A stretch of DNA of 64,000 nt from an uncultured Gemmatimonadales bacterium (GCA_963707505.1 CAVPQB010000003.1:384001-448000), one strand, 5' to 3'. Shown: positions 1-20,906, counted from the stretch's first letter. Notes: generated from the letters alone by a model not told the origin. Numbers and translations: made by a program.

Positions 1-1668
1 CGCGCAAGTACGGTGTTCGAGCTTGCGGATCGTGCAACCGCACAGATTGCAGCTGACTTCGGTCTTCGCGCTCCGACTCGACCGTTGACGGACGTGACGA
101 CTACGTCACTGACGGCACAGCGTCTCTACGAAGAAGGACTGCGCACGTTCTACAGTCACGACGTTCCGGCTGCCGTCAGCTTGTTTCATGCGGCGCTGGA
201 AGAGGATTCGACATTTGCGATGGCTGCGTATTACGCTGGGGTCGGCGAGGAACAGACCGACGGACTGGCTGCGCGGCGCGACCTCGCGCTGGCGCTTCGT
301 CTCGCGAGCCACGCCTCCGATCGCGAGCGACTGATCATTCGGCAGACCTGGGCGTACGCCACGAACGATCCGGCGCAGCGTGCAATCGCCGAGTTGCTGG
401 TGGCGCGCTACCCTGGTGATCCAGACGGCGAACTGGCGCTCGGCCGCGCACTGGGGTGGAGTGGCGACTTCCTCGGCGCCATTCCGCATCTCCAGCGTGT
501 GATTCACATGGACTCTCTCAGTCTGGCTGGACGGAGTCCGTGGTGTCGTGCCTGTGACGCGCTGGAGCTCACAATCGCGTCGTACATTGGCGCGGACTCG
601 ATGGACGCGACGGAGCGAGTGGCGCGTGCCTGGATTCGCATGCAGCCGCGAACGGAGGAGCCGTGGTGGTTCCTTGCGTCAATGCTCGCACGCGAGAATC
701 GCTACGACAGCGCGCTCGTCGCCGAGCACACTGCGGAGCGACTGTCATCCAATCCCGCTGGAGACGTCATAACGCGCGCGACAATCGCCATCGGTGCAGG
801 CCAGTTCGCCGCTGCAGATCAACTGTTGAGCGCGCAGGCACAGGATGGCAATCCGGCGCGGCGGAGCGACGCACTATGGTGGGCCATCATCAACCTTCGG
901 TATCAGGGGCGCCTGCACGAAGCGCTTGCCATCGCCGAGCAGATGGTGAGGACCAGCGCGGAAGAGCCACCGGGTTTCAGCACCCCGCGCTCACTGGATG
1001 CCGTTGCAATCGCGCAGGTGCAATTCGAGATGGGACACTTCGAGCTTGCTGCAGCGCGGTTCGACTCGATCTCCAATTACGAGTGGCAGTTCTCACCCGG
1101 CTTCACCAGCGAAGCACCCGGCCTCGTTGCGCGTCACCGAATCTGGATGACGACGCAGGTCGCGACGGCCCTCGCCGCTGCGCACGACACCACGCGACTC
1201 GCGTCGCTCGCCGATAGCATTGCGCTGTGGAGCGGCCACAGCGCGTTTTTCCGTGACCGGGTGCTCGACCGCTACGTCCGTGGACTTCTCCTCGAAGCCC
1301 GCGGCAGCAACGTCGCTGCCGAGCGCGAGTTTCGTGGAGCACTCGTATCACCCATCGACGGATACAGTCGCGTGAATCTGGAACTGGGCAGGGTGCTCAT
1401 CGCAGAGGGACGACCGCGCGACGCGATTGCGGTGTTGCAGGCGCCGCTGCACGGATCGCTCGAAGCGTCGAATTACTATCTCACGCAGACCGATCTCGAA
1501 GCGATGCTGGGCGACGCATTCGATCGCGCAAGCGAGCCCGACAGCGCCGTCAAGCATTACCGGCGCGTGCTCGCCGCGTGGCGTAACGCGGATCCAGACT
1601 TTCGTCCGCGATTGGCCGCAATTCGACAACGGGTGAACGCACTCAGTACTGCGCGCCAACGCAGATAA
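1..1668 (+). CDS. TPR-repeat protein, 5'-truncated by the window edge
   Basis: Frame is open from base 1; helical TPR-like repeats (ALEEDSTFAMAAYYA, YRRVLAAWRNADP). Confidence 0.7.
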   Translation, partial: RASTVFELADRATAQIAADFGLRAPTRPLTDVTTTSLTAQRLYEEGLRTFYSHDVPAAVSLFHAALEEDSTFAMAAYYAGVGEEQTDGLAARRDLALALRLASHASDRERLIIRQTWAYATNDPAQRAIAELLVARYPGDPDGELALGRALGWSGDFLGAIPHLQRVIHMDSLSLAGRSPWCRACDALELTIASYIGADSMDATERVARAWIRMQPRTEEPWWFLASMLARENRYDSALVAEHTAERLSSNPAGDVITRATIAIGAGQFAAADQLLSAQAQDGNPARRSDALWWAIINLRYQGRLHEALAIAEQMVRTSAEEPPGFSTPRSLDAVAIAQVQFEMGHFELAAARFDSISNYEWQFSPGFTSEAPGLVARHRIWMTTQVATALAAAHDTTRLASLADSIALWSGHSAFFRDRVLDRYVRGLLLEARGSNVAAEREFRGALVSPIDGYSRVNLELGRVLIAEGRPRDAIAVLQAPLHGSLEASNYYLTQTDLEAMLGDAFDRASEPDSAVKHYRRVLAAWRNADPDFRPRLAAIRQRVNALSTARQRR

Positions 1669-1690
1669 CGTTGTAGTATCGACGTTACAA

Positions 1691-1735
1691 AACAAGAATC
1701 CCGCCTCGAGATGATCACGAGGCGGGATTCTTGTT
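1691..1735. terminator. Bidirectional intrinsic terminator between the TPR gene and rpsG
   Basis: Perfect 18-bp stem AACAAGAATCCCGCCTCG/CGAGGCGGGATTCTTGTT with T-rich tails on both strands, between convergent genes. Confidence 0.85.
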
Positions 1736-1752
1736 GTAGATGTCTACGACTG

Positions 1753-2224
1753 CTACCAGCGATAGTGCGCGAACGCCTTGTTGGCTTCGGCCATGCGGTG
1801 CGTGTCTTCCTTCTTCTTGACCGCGTTGCCTTCGCCCTTGCTCGCGGCGATCACTTCGGCGGCGAGCTTCTCGGCCATCGACTTCTCGTTGCGGCCGCGT
1901 GAGAGAGTGATCAGCCAGCGCATCGCGAGCGCCGTGCGGCGATCGGGACGGACTTCGACTGGAACCTGGTACGTCGCGCCACCGACGCGGCGGCTCTTCA
2001 CTTCGACGGCCGGCTTGAGGTTGGTCAGCGCCTGCTTGAAGATCGTGACGCCGGGCTGAGCGGTCTTGTTCTCGACGATGTCCATCGCGCCGTAGAAGAT
2101 GCGCTCGGCAGTGCGACTTCTTGCCCTGGTACATGATGGCGTTGATGAACTTCGAGACGGTCTGGCTGTCGTAGCGCGCGTCGGGAAGAATCGGACGCTT
2201 GATTGACTTTTTGCGGCGGCTCAT
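1753..2224 (-). CDS. rpsG: 30S ribosomal protein S7 (one apparent indel near 2110)
   Basis: [18 protein letters not shown]... and ...[14 protein letters not shown]...[11 protein letters not shown] in two frames. Confidence 0.97.
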
Positions 2225-2631
<407 letters not shown>

Positions 2632-2686
2632 TTACCATGGATCGACAAGGAAAGGCCCTCCACAACGGAGTGGCCACAGCCTGGAT

Positions 2687-2715
2687 AATCTAGAGGGCCA
2701 CAGCTCTCCCAGCAA
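2687..2715 (-). promoter_or_regulatory. Sigma70-type promoter for rpsL-rpsG
   Basis: TTGCTG-17nt-TAGATT on the minus strand, 55 nt upstream of rpsL. Confidence 0.55.
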
Positions 2716-2771
2716 CCCGGCGGAGACAATATCGGAGGTCAGGGTAGCAGGTGGGTTAAATTGGAGACATC

Positions 2772-3188
2772 ATGCGGCGCCTAGTAACCCTCCTTCTGTG
2801 CCTGTTGACCGCGTCCGGAGCTCGCTCCGGCTTCGCGGCAGCGAGCCAGAATGCGACGGAAAAAGCCGGAACCGCTCTGGCCGCGCTCAGCCATCCGGCG
2901 GCTCATGGCACCGATCCGGCGCCCGCCGCAGATCCCGCCTGGACCGCTCCGGAGCCAGTCGTTCTCGCACCCGCGGCGCGCGGGATCGCTCCGCATGCCG
3001 TCCGCCAGCCCGGCGCCCCGTTCGCCCGCCTGGCGCCGGTGGCCGCGGAAGCCGCCACCGCACGCGGTCAGTCTGCAGCCGCGCGCCTCGCCGGCCTCGC
3101 GGTGGTCCGGCGAGGATACCGCGCAACGGGACCACCCGGACGTCGCGACATGTCGCTCTTCACGCAATCATTGGCGCAGCCGGCCTGA
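2772..3188 (+). CDS. Hypothetical Ala/Pro-rich protein with signal-peptide-like N-terminus
   Basis: GGAGA RBS; MRRLVTLLLCLLTASG start. Confidence 0.45.
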   Translation: MRRLVTLLLCLLTASGARSGFAAASQNATEKAGTALAALSHPAAHGTDPAPAADPAWTAPEPVVLAPAARGIAPHAVRQPGAPFARLAPVAAEAATARGQSAAARLAGLAVVRRGYRATGPPGRRDMSLFTQSLAQPA

Positions 3189-3237
3189 CCGTTGGGATCG
3201 ACGGAGGGCGGCCTCGCCCCTACCCGTCAATCCCAAA

Positions 3238-3483
3238 ATGCCCGAAAATACATATTCGGCGGTCGAACGCCGCGCAGATAATCCCCAGCCAACTGTCCGA
3301 AGCTGGTTTCGTCGCGAACCTGGACTCGCGATCACCTTCCTCGGACTGGGTGTGATGCTTCTTGCATTGCTCCTGCCGCAGGAGCGGCGTACCATCGCAT
3401 TCTACCCGGCGATCGCATTCATCGTCGTCGGGACATTTCTGACGCTGCGCCATGGACCGGACAGGCACCAGAACTTCCGATGA
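3238..3483 (+). CDS. Small two-TM membrane protein
   Basis: MPENTYSAVERR... with two hydrophobic segments. Confidence 0.6.
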   Translation: MPENTYSAVERRADNPQPTVRSWFRREPGLAITFLGLGVMLLALLLPQERRTIAFYPAIAFIVVGTFLTLRHGPDRHQNFR

Positions 3484-3588
3484 CCGATTGCACCTGACAG
3501 ACGTGAACACGGCGGGCGTCGTTCCATGCAATGAATCGCGCGTGGGGCAGCGCCCGCATACCCCGCTACATATCCGACCACCCAACCG

Positions 3589-5085
3589 ATGAATGCGCCC
3601 ACCGCCATCGCGGCGATACTCGCAACTGTCGGGATACTACTGGGTGGCTCGGTAGTCCTGACTCGGCTGACGGGACGTATCGGCATTCCCATCGCGCTCG
3701 GCTTCATTGCGGTGGGACTGCTGGCCGGATCCGAGGGACTCGGCCACATCGCGTTCGAGAATTACAGCTTCGCCTTCCGCGCGGGTGTTGTGGCGCTGGT
3801 GCTCATTCTCTTCGACGGCGGTCTCAACACTCCGCCATCGTCACTGCGCCCCGTCGCCGCGCCCGCGCTTCTGCTTGCAACGGTCGGCGTTGTCGCGACA
3901 GCAGGAATACTCGCGACGTTCGCGCACTTCGCCGGCGCCGTGGACTGGCCCATTGCCCTCCTGATCGGCTCAGTCGTTTCATCGACCGATGCAGCAGCCG
4001 TATTCGCAACGCTGCGTGGGAGCGGAACATCGCTCAAGTCGCGCGTCGGCCGATTGCTGGAGGCGGAGTCCGGCCTCAACGATCCGGTGGCGATAATTCT
4101 CACCATATCGCTCACGACTTTCGTGGTGCACCGCACGCTCGAGAACGGCGGAAGTGTGTGGATGCTGCCGCTCACCGCTGCCTTCGAGATCATCGTCGGC
4201 GGCGTCGCCGGCTGGATCGCCGGAACGCTATCGACAAAGCTGATCACGCAGGTGCGACTCGAATCAGCCGGCCTCTATCCTGTCCTCACGCTCGCGGTCG
4301 CGATGACGGTTTTCGGAGTTACGACACTTGTTCACGGTAGCGGCTTCATGGCCGTGTACGTGGCAGGAGTCGTGATCGCAGGCGCGAGCCAACTCCCGCA
4401 CAAACCCGCGATTCTACGCGTGCACGATGCGTTCGCGTGGCTCGCGCAGATAGGAATGTTTCTCGTGCTCGGATTGCTTGCCTTTCCAACAAGGCTCGCA
4501 GCGGCAGCACTGCCTGGGCTTGGACTCGCGGTCGTGCTCACACTGATCGCGCGGCCAGCGGCGGTCGCGCTGTGTCTCGCACCGTTCCGTTACTCGTTTC
4601 GCGAGACGACGTTTATCGGAATCGTCGGCCTGCGGGGCGCAGTTCCGGTCGTGCTCGCCACCATTCCCGTGATGGCGGGCGTAGCCGGCGGACGACGCAT
4701 CTTCGACGTCGTTTTCTTCATCGTCGTTCTGAATACGCTTGATGCCGGGTACGATCGTCGCGTGGCTCGCGCGCCGGCTGGGTGTGGTCGGGTATCGCGA
4801 CACCGGAGGCGGCGGCGACGATCGTGATAGAATCGAGCGAGCCGATGCAGAGCTCACTCAGATCCTACTTCGTGGATAGAGCGCTGCCGGTGTGCGGCGT
4901 TCAGCTTTCCGAGATACCATTTCCGGATGGCGCTGCGGTCACGATGATCGTACGCGGCTCCGAGCTGCTCGTCGCGGAAGGCTCGACGGAATTGCAGGCC
5001 GGCGATCATGTGTATGTGCTCGCTTCTGCAGAGGCGGAGCCCGATGGTTCGACTTCTCTTTGGAAGTCCCGAAATTCTGGAGTGA
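3589..5085 (+). CDS. K+/H+ antiporter, CPA1 NhaP2/CvrA type, with C-terminal RCK/TrkA-C domain (indels near 4740 and 5040)
   Basis: ILFDGGL, SSTDAAAVF, LEAESGLNDP, GLRGAVP motifs; TrkA-C-like tail in the next frame. Confidence 0.9.
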
Positions 5086-5086
5086 A

Positions 5087-5126
5087 AAAGCAAAAGGCGC
5101 ATCCGATTGGATGCGCCTTTTGCTTT
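5087..5126. terminator. Bidirectional terminator between the antiporter and rpoC
   Basis: AAAGCAAAAGGCGCATCC-GATT-GGATGCGCCTTTTGCTTT perfect stem. Confidence 0.9.
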
Positions 5127-5146
5127 AACTCTCTCGCGCTCGACTA

Positions 5147-14154
<9,008 letters not shown>

Positions 14155-14162
14155 GAATCACC

Positions 14163-14222
14163 TACAGGCGCAAATAGCCCCGCCCGCCAGCCGCGAAATT
14201 TTCGCGGATCCGGGTGGAGCGA
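14163..14222 (-). promoter_or_regulatory. rplL-rpoB intergenic hairpin, possible attenuator
   Basis: GCTCCACCCG...CGGGCGGGGC followed by TATTTGCGC just before the rpoB RBS. Confidence 0.4.
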
Positions 14223-14333
14223 CTGCAAAACTTCAATTGTGGTGCGACGTGGTCTGGGTCATCTCGTCGCAGTGAGAGTAACGGCGCGGGGAACTCGGAC
14301 GAGGCGAAGCCGTCTCCAGCTGCTCCGTGATGG

Positions 14334-14734
14334 TTACTTCACTTCGACAACCGCACCCTGCTCTTCGAGCTTCGCTTTCATTGCTGGCGGCCTCGTCCTT
14401 GGTGACGCCGGTCTTCACAGCGCTCGGCGCACCGTCGACGAGATCCTTCGCTTCCTTGAGTCCAAGACCGGTGAGCTCGCGCACGACCTTGATGACCTGG
14501 ATCTTCTTCGCGCCGGCTTCCTTGAGGGTGACCGTCGAACTCGGTCTGCTCTTCGGCTGCCGCGGCAGCGGCGCCACCGGCGCCACCAGCTGCCGGAGCC
14601 GCGCCAACTGGCGCGGCTGAGATCGTGACGTTGAACTTGGTCTTGAAAGCTTCGACGAGCTCGGACAGCTCGAGCACCGTCATGTTGCCGATTGCGTCGA
14701 GAATTTCGTCCTTGCTCATGGTTGCGTTTGCCAT
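14334..14734 (-). CDS. rplL: 50S ribosomal protein L7/L12 (indels)
   Basis: [33 protein letters not shown]. Confidence 0.96.
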
Positions 14735-14758
14735 TGTAGTTGTTCTCCGGGAGAAATG

Positions 14759-15276
14759 TTAGGCGCCTTCGCGCTGAGTCTTGAGCGCGTCGAGCGCGCC
14801 TGCAAACATGTACAAAAGTCCGTTGAGCGCGCCCACGAAGGCGGCCATCGGGGACTGCATGCCGGCTCCGAGATCAGCCAGCATTTGCTCCCGCGAGGGA
14901 AGCGATGCGAGCTGCTTCACCTGCGCTTGTCTGATCGCCTTGCCCTCGAGCATCCCACCCTTCACTGCCGGCTTCTGCTCGTTCTCCTTCGCGAAGTCCG
15001 TGAGGACCTTGGCCGCCGCCACCGGGTCCTTCCCGACCACGAGGCCGGTCGGTCCCTTGCAGCTCGCGCCGACGAGACCACTCTCGTTGACTGCGCGCAG
15101 CGCCAGCGTGTTCTTGATGACCACGTAATCGACGCCTGCTCTCTCGAGGCGGCGGCGAAGCTCGGTCATCCGCTTCACGTTGAGTCCGGTGAAGTCGGTG
15201 TAGTAGAGCGACCGACGCGCTCTTGAGCTTGTCGCGTCAGCTCGGTGACGAGCTGCTCCTTCTCGGTTCTCTTCAT
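14759..15276 (-). CDS. rplJ: 50S ribosomal protein L10 (indels)
   Basis: [10 protein letters not shown] start; [22 protein letters not shown]. Confidence 0.95.
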
Positions 15277-15288
15277 GATGTCGGTCTC

Positions 15289-15982
15289 CTAGCGGTACGG
15301 GGTGATGTCGATGCTGACGCCCGGGCCCATCGTGCTGGAGATCGCGACGTTGCGGACGTACACGCCCTTCGCCGCAGCCGGCTTCGAGCGAACGATCTGA
15401 TCCATGAACGCCGTGAAGTTCGTCTGCGAGCGCTTCCGGTGCGAACGAAACCTTGCCGATCGCTGCGTGCACGTTCCCGCCCTTGTCGACGCGGAACTCG
15501 ATCTTACCGGCCTTCACTTCCTTCACAGCGCGGGCGACGTCGAACGTCACCGTACCGGCCTTCGGGTTCGGCATCAGTCCGCGCGGTCCGAGAATCGCGT
15601 CCGAGCGCGCCGAGCTGACCCATCTGGTCCGGGGTGGCGATGAGCACGTCGAAGTCGAGCCAGTTTTCCTTGATCTTCGCGATGTACTCGGTGCCGACGA
15701 AATCGGCGCCTGCAGCCTCGGCTTCGCGTGCCTTGTCGCCGACGGCGATGACGAGCACGCGCACCGACTTACCAGTACCAGCTGGTAGAACGACCGTTCC
15801 ACGCACGACCTGATCGGCGTGCTGCGGATCGACGCCCAGACGGACCGCGACTTCCACGGTCTCGTCGAACTTGGCGAACGCCGCCGACTTGACGAGCTCG
15901 ATCGCCTTTGTAGCCTCGTAGCCAGGCGCTTCCGGGCACCGCTTCTCGGCGGCGCTTTGTACTTCTTTCCGTGCTGTCGCAT
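15289..15982 (-). CDS. rplA: 50S ribosomal protein L1 (indels)
   Basis: [25 protein letters not shown]. Confidence 0.96.
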
Positions 15983-16405
15983 CAGTCCTTCACCTCGATA
16001 CCCATCGAGCGCGCGGCGCCGGCGATCATCGCCATTGCCGACTCGATGGATTCGTAGTTGAGATCGGGCATCTTGATCTCCGCGATCTTGCTGACCTGCG
16101 CCTTGGTGACAGATCCCACCTTGTTGCGGTTCGGCGTACCGGAGCCCTTCTCAACCCCAGCTTCTCTTCTTCAGCAGGACCGCCGCGGGCGGCGTCTTGG
16201 TGATGAAGGTGAAGGACTTGTCCGCGTAGATCGTGATCTCGACCGGGAGAATCGTATCCTGGCCCTGCGTCCGAGCGTTGAACTCTTTGCAGAAGGCCAT
16301 GATGTTGATTCCCTGCGGGCCGAGAGCCGTACCGACGGGGGGCGCCGGGTTCGCCTTGCCTGCAGGGATCTGCAGCTTGACGAATCCAATGACCTTTTTT
16401 GCCAT
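15982..16405 (-). CDS. rplK: 50S ribosomal protein L11 (indels)
   Basis: [24 protein letters not shown]. Confidence 0.96.
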
Positions 16406-16413
16406 GATACTCC

Positions 16414-16462
16414 TTAAACGTTTTCACCCGCGATCCGCTGCGGGCTTCGAACTCCCACGGTG
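16414..16462 (-). promoter_or_regulatory. Putative L1-binding leader upstream of rplK
   Basis: CGTGGGAG...CCCGC/GCGGG...GAAAACG next to the RBS resembles the L1 autogenous control site. Confidence 0.45.
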
Positions 16463-16594
16463 TGTTTAAAGTCGTTGTGGTATCCGACTGGCGGCGGACC
16501 GATACCTGATCGCGCCATCCTACCCTGCTATCGACGTATCCGGCTGCATGCTCGGGATCGACGCTCGTTGGCCCGACGCTCGTCTGGCAGCATC

Positions 16595-16615
16595 ACGCAT
16601 GCGTCGCCCCGACGA
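16595..16615. repeat. Partial copy of the REP-like palindrome
   Basis: ACGCATGCGTCGCCCCGACGA matches the reverse complement of the 18926 unit. Confidence 0.65.
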
Positions 16616-17162
16616 TCAATATCCCTTCAGATCCAGGTAATCCAACTCCACCGTCGTCGGCCGTCCGAACAGCGACACCGACACGCGGACCTTGCCCTTG
16701 TCCGAAAGCACTTCCTCGACAGTCCCGTTGAAATCCGTGAACGGCCCTGTCGTGATCGCTACCGCCTGACCCACCAGGAATGGGATCTCTTCCTTCGCAG
16801 CGACCGTCTCCTCTTCCTCGGCGAGGCCAAGCAGGCGGTTCACTTCGTCGGGCCGAAGGGCGTGCGGCTCGCGGTCCTCGTGACCCACGAACTTGATGAC
16901 GCCCTGGATTCCGTTGATCGTGTGAAGCCGTCTCCTGATTCATGACCATCTCGACCAGCACGTACCCCGGAAAGATCTTGCGCTCGACGTTGACCTTCTT
17001 GCCGTTCTTGATCTCGACGACTTCCTGCGTCGGAACCAGCGCCTGACGGATCACGCGCTGGTCCGGCGGCAGCGGATCGCTCTCGATCTTGCGCTGGATC
17101 AGCGACCGCACCTTGTTCTCATGCCCAGACGTCGTCTGGATTGCGTACCATCGGTAATCCAC
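16616..17162 (-). CDS. nusG: Transcription elongation factor NusG (one indel)
   Basis: WYAIQTTSGHE, IFPGYVLVEM, KOW region GPFTDFNG, SLFGRPT. Confidence 0.96.
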
Positions 17163-17165
17163 GGG

Positions 17166-17425
17166 TTAGTGCCCCGCGAACAGCGACGGAATACCGTGCA
17201 CCAGTATCGCTGGAGTATCACGTCGATGATACCGATCACAGCTCCGATGAAGAGCACGAAGATGATGATCTTGATCGTCGTGTCCTTGAGCTGCGCACGG
17301 TCCGGCCAGATGACCTTGCGCATCTCCGCGATCACTTCGTGGTAGAACGTGACGAGTTCCCTGGTCCAACGCACAACAGGGTTGACGTGTGGCTCGACTG
17401 TCGCAGGAACCGCTTCCCGGGCCAT
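17166..17425 (-). CDS. secE: Preprotein translocase SecE (one indel)
   Basis: EMRKVIWP motif followed by a TM helix; position before nusG. Confidence 0.92.
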
Positions 17426-17579
17426 CTACTTCGTTTCCTTATGAACCTTATGGCAATCGCAACGCGGGCAGTACTTCTTCCACTCGACCCGCTCTGGATG
17501 CAGACGCCGGTTCTTGGTGGTGAAGTAGTTGCTGATTCTTACAATCGTTGCACGCTAGGATGATCTTATCGCGTGGCAT
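17426..17579 (-). CDS. rpmG: 50S ribosomal protein L33, Zn-ribbon type (one indel; absent from the ORF track)
   Basis: Manual translation [48 protein letters not shown]. Confidence 0.93.
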
Positions 17580-17608
17580 GTTTTAACTCGAGTATTTGAG
17601 GACAGCTC

Positions 17609-17663
17609 GTACGAGCAGGCCACCGTGCCTGCCCAATGGGCGACCACGGATGGTCGCCCCTAC
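17609..17663. repeat. Inverted REP doublet (REPIN/BIME-like)
   Basis: GTACGAGCAGGCCACCGTGCCTGCCC-AAT-GGGCGACCACGGATGGTCGCCCCTAC. Confidence 0.7.
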
Positions 17664-17673
17664 ATGTCGTACC

Positions 17674-18869
<1,196 letters not shown>

Positions 18870-18883
18870 GATCCTCGTTTCCC

Positions 18884-18961
18884 TTTGTTCGTTGTTGGGG
18901 CGACGCATGCGTCGCCCTTACTGCGTTTGTTCGTCGTTGGGGCGACGCATGCGTCGCCCCT
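18884..18961. repeat. Two tandem copies (42-bp period) of a REP-like palindrome
   Basis: TTTGTTCGTYGTTG-GGGCGACGCATGCGTCGCCC twice; the 20-bp core is a perfect palindrome. Confidence 0.85.
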
Positions 18962-18985
18962 GCCACGTTTATTCGATACCACCGA

Positions 18986-19058
18986 AGCTCGCGATCGGGA
19001 TTGAACCGATGACCTCACCCTTACCAAGGGTGTGCTCTACCAACTGAGCTACGCGAGC
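18986..19058 (-). tRNA. tRNA-Thr(GGT)
   Basis: GCTCGCGTAGCTCAGTTGGTAGAGCACACCCTTGGTAAGGGTG...TTCAATC cloverleaf. Confidence 0.97.
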
Positions 19059-19101
19059 GATTCGTCCTTCTTCCCGGAGATCCCTTTCCGGCAATTCCTG
19101 C

Positions 19102-19126
19102 GGGCAGGCCCCTGTGCCTGCCCCTA
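19102..19126. repeat. REP-like hairpin between tRNA genes
   Basis: GGGCAGGCCCCTGTGCCTGCCCCTA, similar to the left arm of the 17609 doublet. Confidence 0.65.
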
Positions 19127-19127
19127 G

Positions 19128-19200
19128 AGCGGGAGACGGGACTCGAACCCGCGACATCAAGCTTGGAAGGCTAGCGCTCTACCAACTGAGCTACTCCCGC
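19128..19200 (-). tRNA. tRNA-Gly(TCC)
   Basis: GCGGGAGTAGCTCAGTTGGTAGAGC...CTTCCAA...TTCGAGT; one U-U mismatch in the anticodon stem. Confidence 0.95.
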
Positions 19201-19228
19201 AACAGTGCTGAACTATGCGTCGAACAAA

Positions 19229-19311
19229 TGGTGGGGGAAGGATTCGAACCTTCGAAGGCGTTAGCCGGCAGATTTACAGTCTGCTCCCGTTGGCCACTTG
19301 GGTACCCCACC
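19229..19311 (-). tRNA. tRNA-Tyr(GTA)
   Basis: GGTGGGGTACCCAAGTGG...CTGTAAA... with long variable arm. Confidence 0.97.
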
Positions 19312-19361
19312 CGAGTCCTGCGCGACCACCGTGTGCCGCATGTAACCCCCCTTTCCCGCAG

Positions 19362-19436
19362 AGCTGACGACCGGAATCGAACCGGTAACCTGCTCGATTA
19401 CAAATCGAGCTGCTCCGCCAATTGAGCTACGTCAGC
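19362..19436 (-). tRNA. tRNA-Thr(TGT)
   Basis: GCTGACGTAGCTCAATTGG...TTTGTAA...TTCGATT; anticodon stem reads as 6 bp. Confidence 0.93.
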
Positions 19437-19460
19437 AACGCGTTTCCACGCAAGCCTGGA

Positions 19461-19490
19461 AAAATACCCTATTTCCAGGGCAAGAGTCAA
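19461..19490 (-). promoter_or_regulatory. Promoter of the tRNA-tuf operon
   Basis: TTGACT-18nt-TATTTT, overlapped by a CCTGGAAA/TTTCCAGG inverted repeat. Confidence 0.5.
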
Positions 19491-19493
19491 CGC

Positions 19494-20906
19494 CTACAAC
19501 AGCTTTTTCCAACGAGTACCCTGCGGCCCATCCTCGATCGCGATCCCTCTGTTCGTCAGCTCGTTCCGAATCGCGTCCGCCGCCGCAAAATCGCGCCTGG
19601 CGCGCGCCGCTCGACGATCCGCGAGCCGCCCTTCCACGTACGCAGACAGCTCCGCATCGCCCTCCACCCGCTCCGGGACGATGTCGAGAACGCCGTTCAC
19701 GAGCGCAAATGCGTTCCTCGCCCGCTCCAGTGCCGCCACGTCAGTCCCGGACCTGTCCAGCTCCGCATTTGCACGCCGAATGAAGCTGAAGAGGGCGCCC
19801 ATCGCCTCCGGCGCGTTGAGATCGTCGAACAACGCGGCTTTCGCCTCCCGCTCCAGATCTGCCGCGGCTGCTCCAAGCTCGGCTGTCCCACCTGTCGCCC
19901 CTTCCAACCGCTCGGCGAAGTCGCCAACGCGGCGCACCCCTTCGAGCGATGCTTCGAGCGCATCCGGTGACAGGTTGAGCTGCTTGCGATAATGCGTCGA
20001 GAAGGTGAAGTGCCGGAACGCTGCGCCCGACACACCCTGCTCTCGCATATCCTCGACTGTCGCGACGTTCCCGACCCGCTTGGCCATTTTGGCCCCGTCG
20101 GTGAGGAGAAACTGGCCATGGCACCAGAAGCGCGAAAATTCATGGCCGGTCGCCGCCTCCGACTGCGCGATCTCATCCTCGTGGTGCGGAAAGACGAGGT
20201 CGATCCCGCCGCAATGAATGTCCAGCGTTTCTCCGAGAAATCGCATTGCCATCGCAGAGCACTCGAGATGCCAGCCGGGACGGCCGCGACCCCATGGCGA
20301 GTCCCATGCGGCGGCGGATGCCTCGTCCTCGGGCTTCGCCGCCTTCCAGAGCGCGAAGTCCTGTGCGTTCTCCTTGGCGTAGTCGTCCTGCGCCACACGC
20401 GCCCCGCTCTGAATCTCGCGCTTGTCCAGACGCGACAACTTTCCGTATGCGGGAAACTTGTCGATCGCGAAGTACACCGATCCGTCGTCGGCCTGATACG
20501 CCACGCCTCGCGCGATCAGTCGCTCCACCAGTGCGATCATCTCCGGAATGCTCTCGGTGGCGCGAGGATAACGCTCCGCGTCCTCGATCCTCAGATAGTG
20601 ACGATCGGCGTGAAATCGTTCGGTGACCGGACCGGTGATCTCGCCGATCGTGACACCAGCCTCCGACGCGCGGCGAATGATCTTGTCGTCGACGTCGGTG
20701 AGATTCATCACCTGATCGACCTGCCATCCGGCCAGTCGCAGTACCCGTCGCATCAGATCTTCGAACAGAAACGTTCTGAAGTTTCCAACGTGTGCCGCAT
20801 TGTACACTGTCGGGCCGCACGTATACATGCGCACCATCCGGCCGTCCGCGGGCGCAAATGGCTCGACCGACTGCGTCATCGTGTTGTAGAGACGAACCTG
20901 AGGCAT
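19494..20906 (-). CDS. cysS: Cysteine-tRNA ligase
   Basis: YTCGPTVY, HVGN, GRPGWHLEC, HHEDE, KMAKR (KMSKS variant). Confidence 0.96.
   Translation of the reverse strand: MPQVRLYNTMTQSVEPFAPADGRMVRMYTCGPTVYNAAHVGNFRTFLFEDLMRRVLRLAGWQVDQVMNLTDVDDKIIRRASEAGVTIGEITGPVTERFHADRHYLRIEDAERYPRATESIPEMIALVERLIARGVAYQADDGSVYFAIDKFPAYGKLSRLDKREIQSGARVAQDDYAKENAQDFALWKAAKPEDEASAAAWDSPWGRGRPGWHLECSAMAMRFLGETLDIHCGGIDLVFPHHEDEIAQSEAATGHEFSRFWCHGQFLLTDGAKMAKRVGNVATVEDMREQGVSGAAFRHFTFSTHYRKQLNLSPDALEASLEGVRRVGDFAERLEGATGGTAELGAAAADLEREAKAALFDDLNAPEAMGALFSFIRRANAELDRSGTDVAALERARNAFALVNGVLDIVPERVEGDAELSAYVEGRLADRRAARARRDFAAADAIRNELTNRGIAIEDGPQGTRWKKLL

Noticed and set aside
18884..18961. Mini CRISPR array
   Set aside because: Only two units, spacer of about 7 nt, no cas genes; fits REP elements
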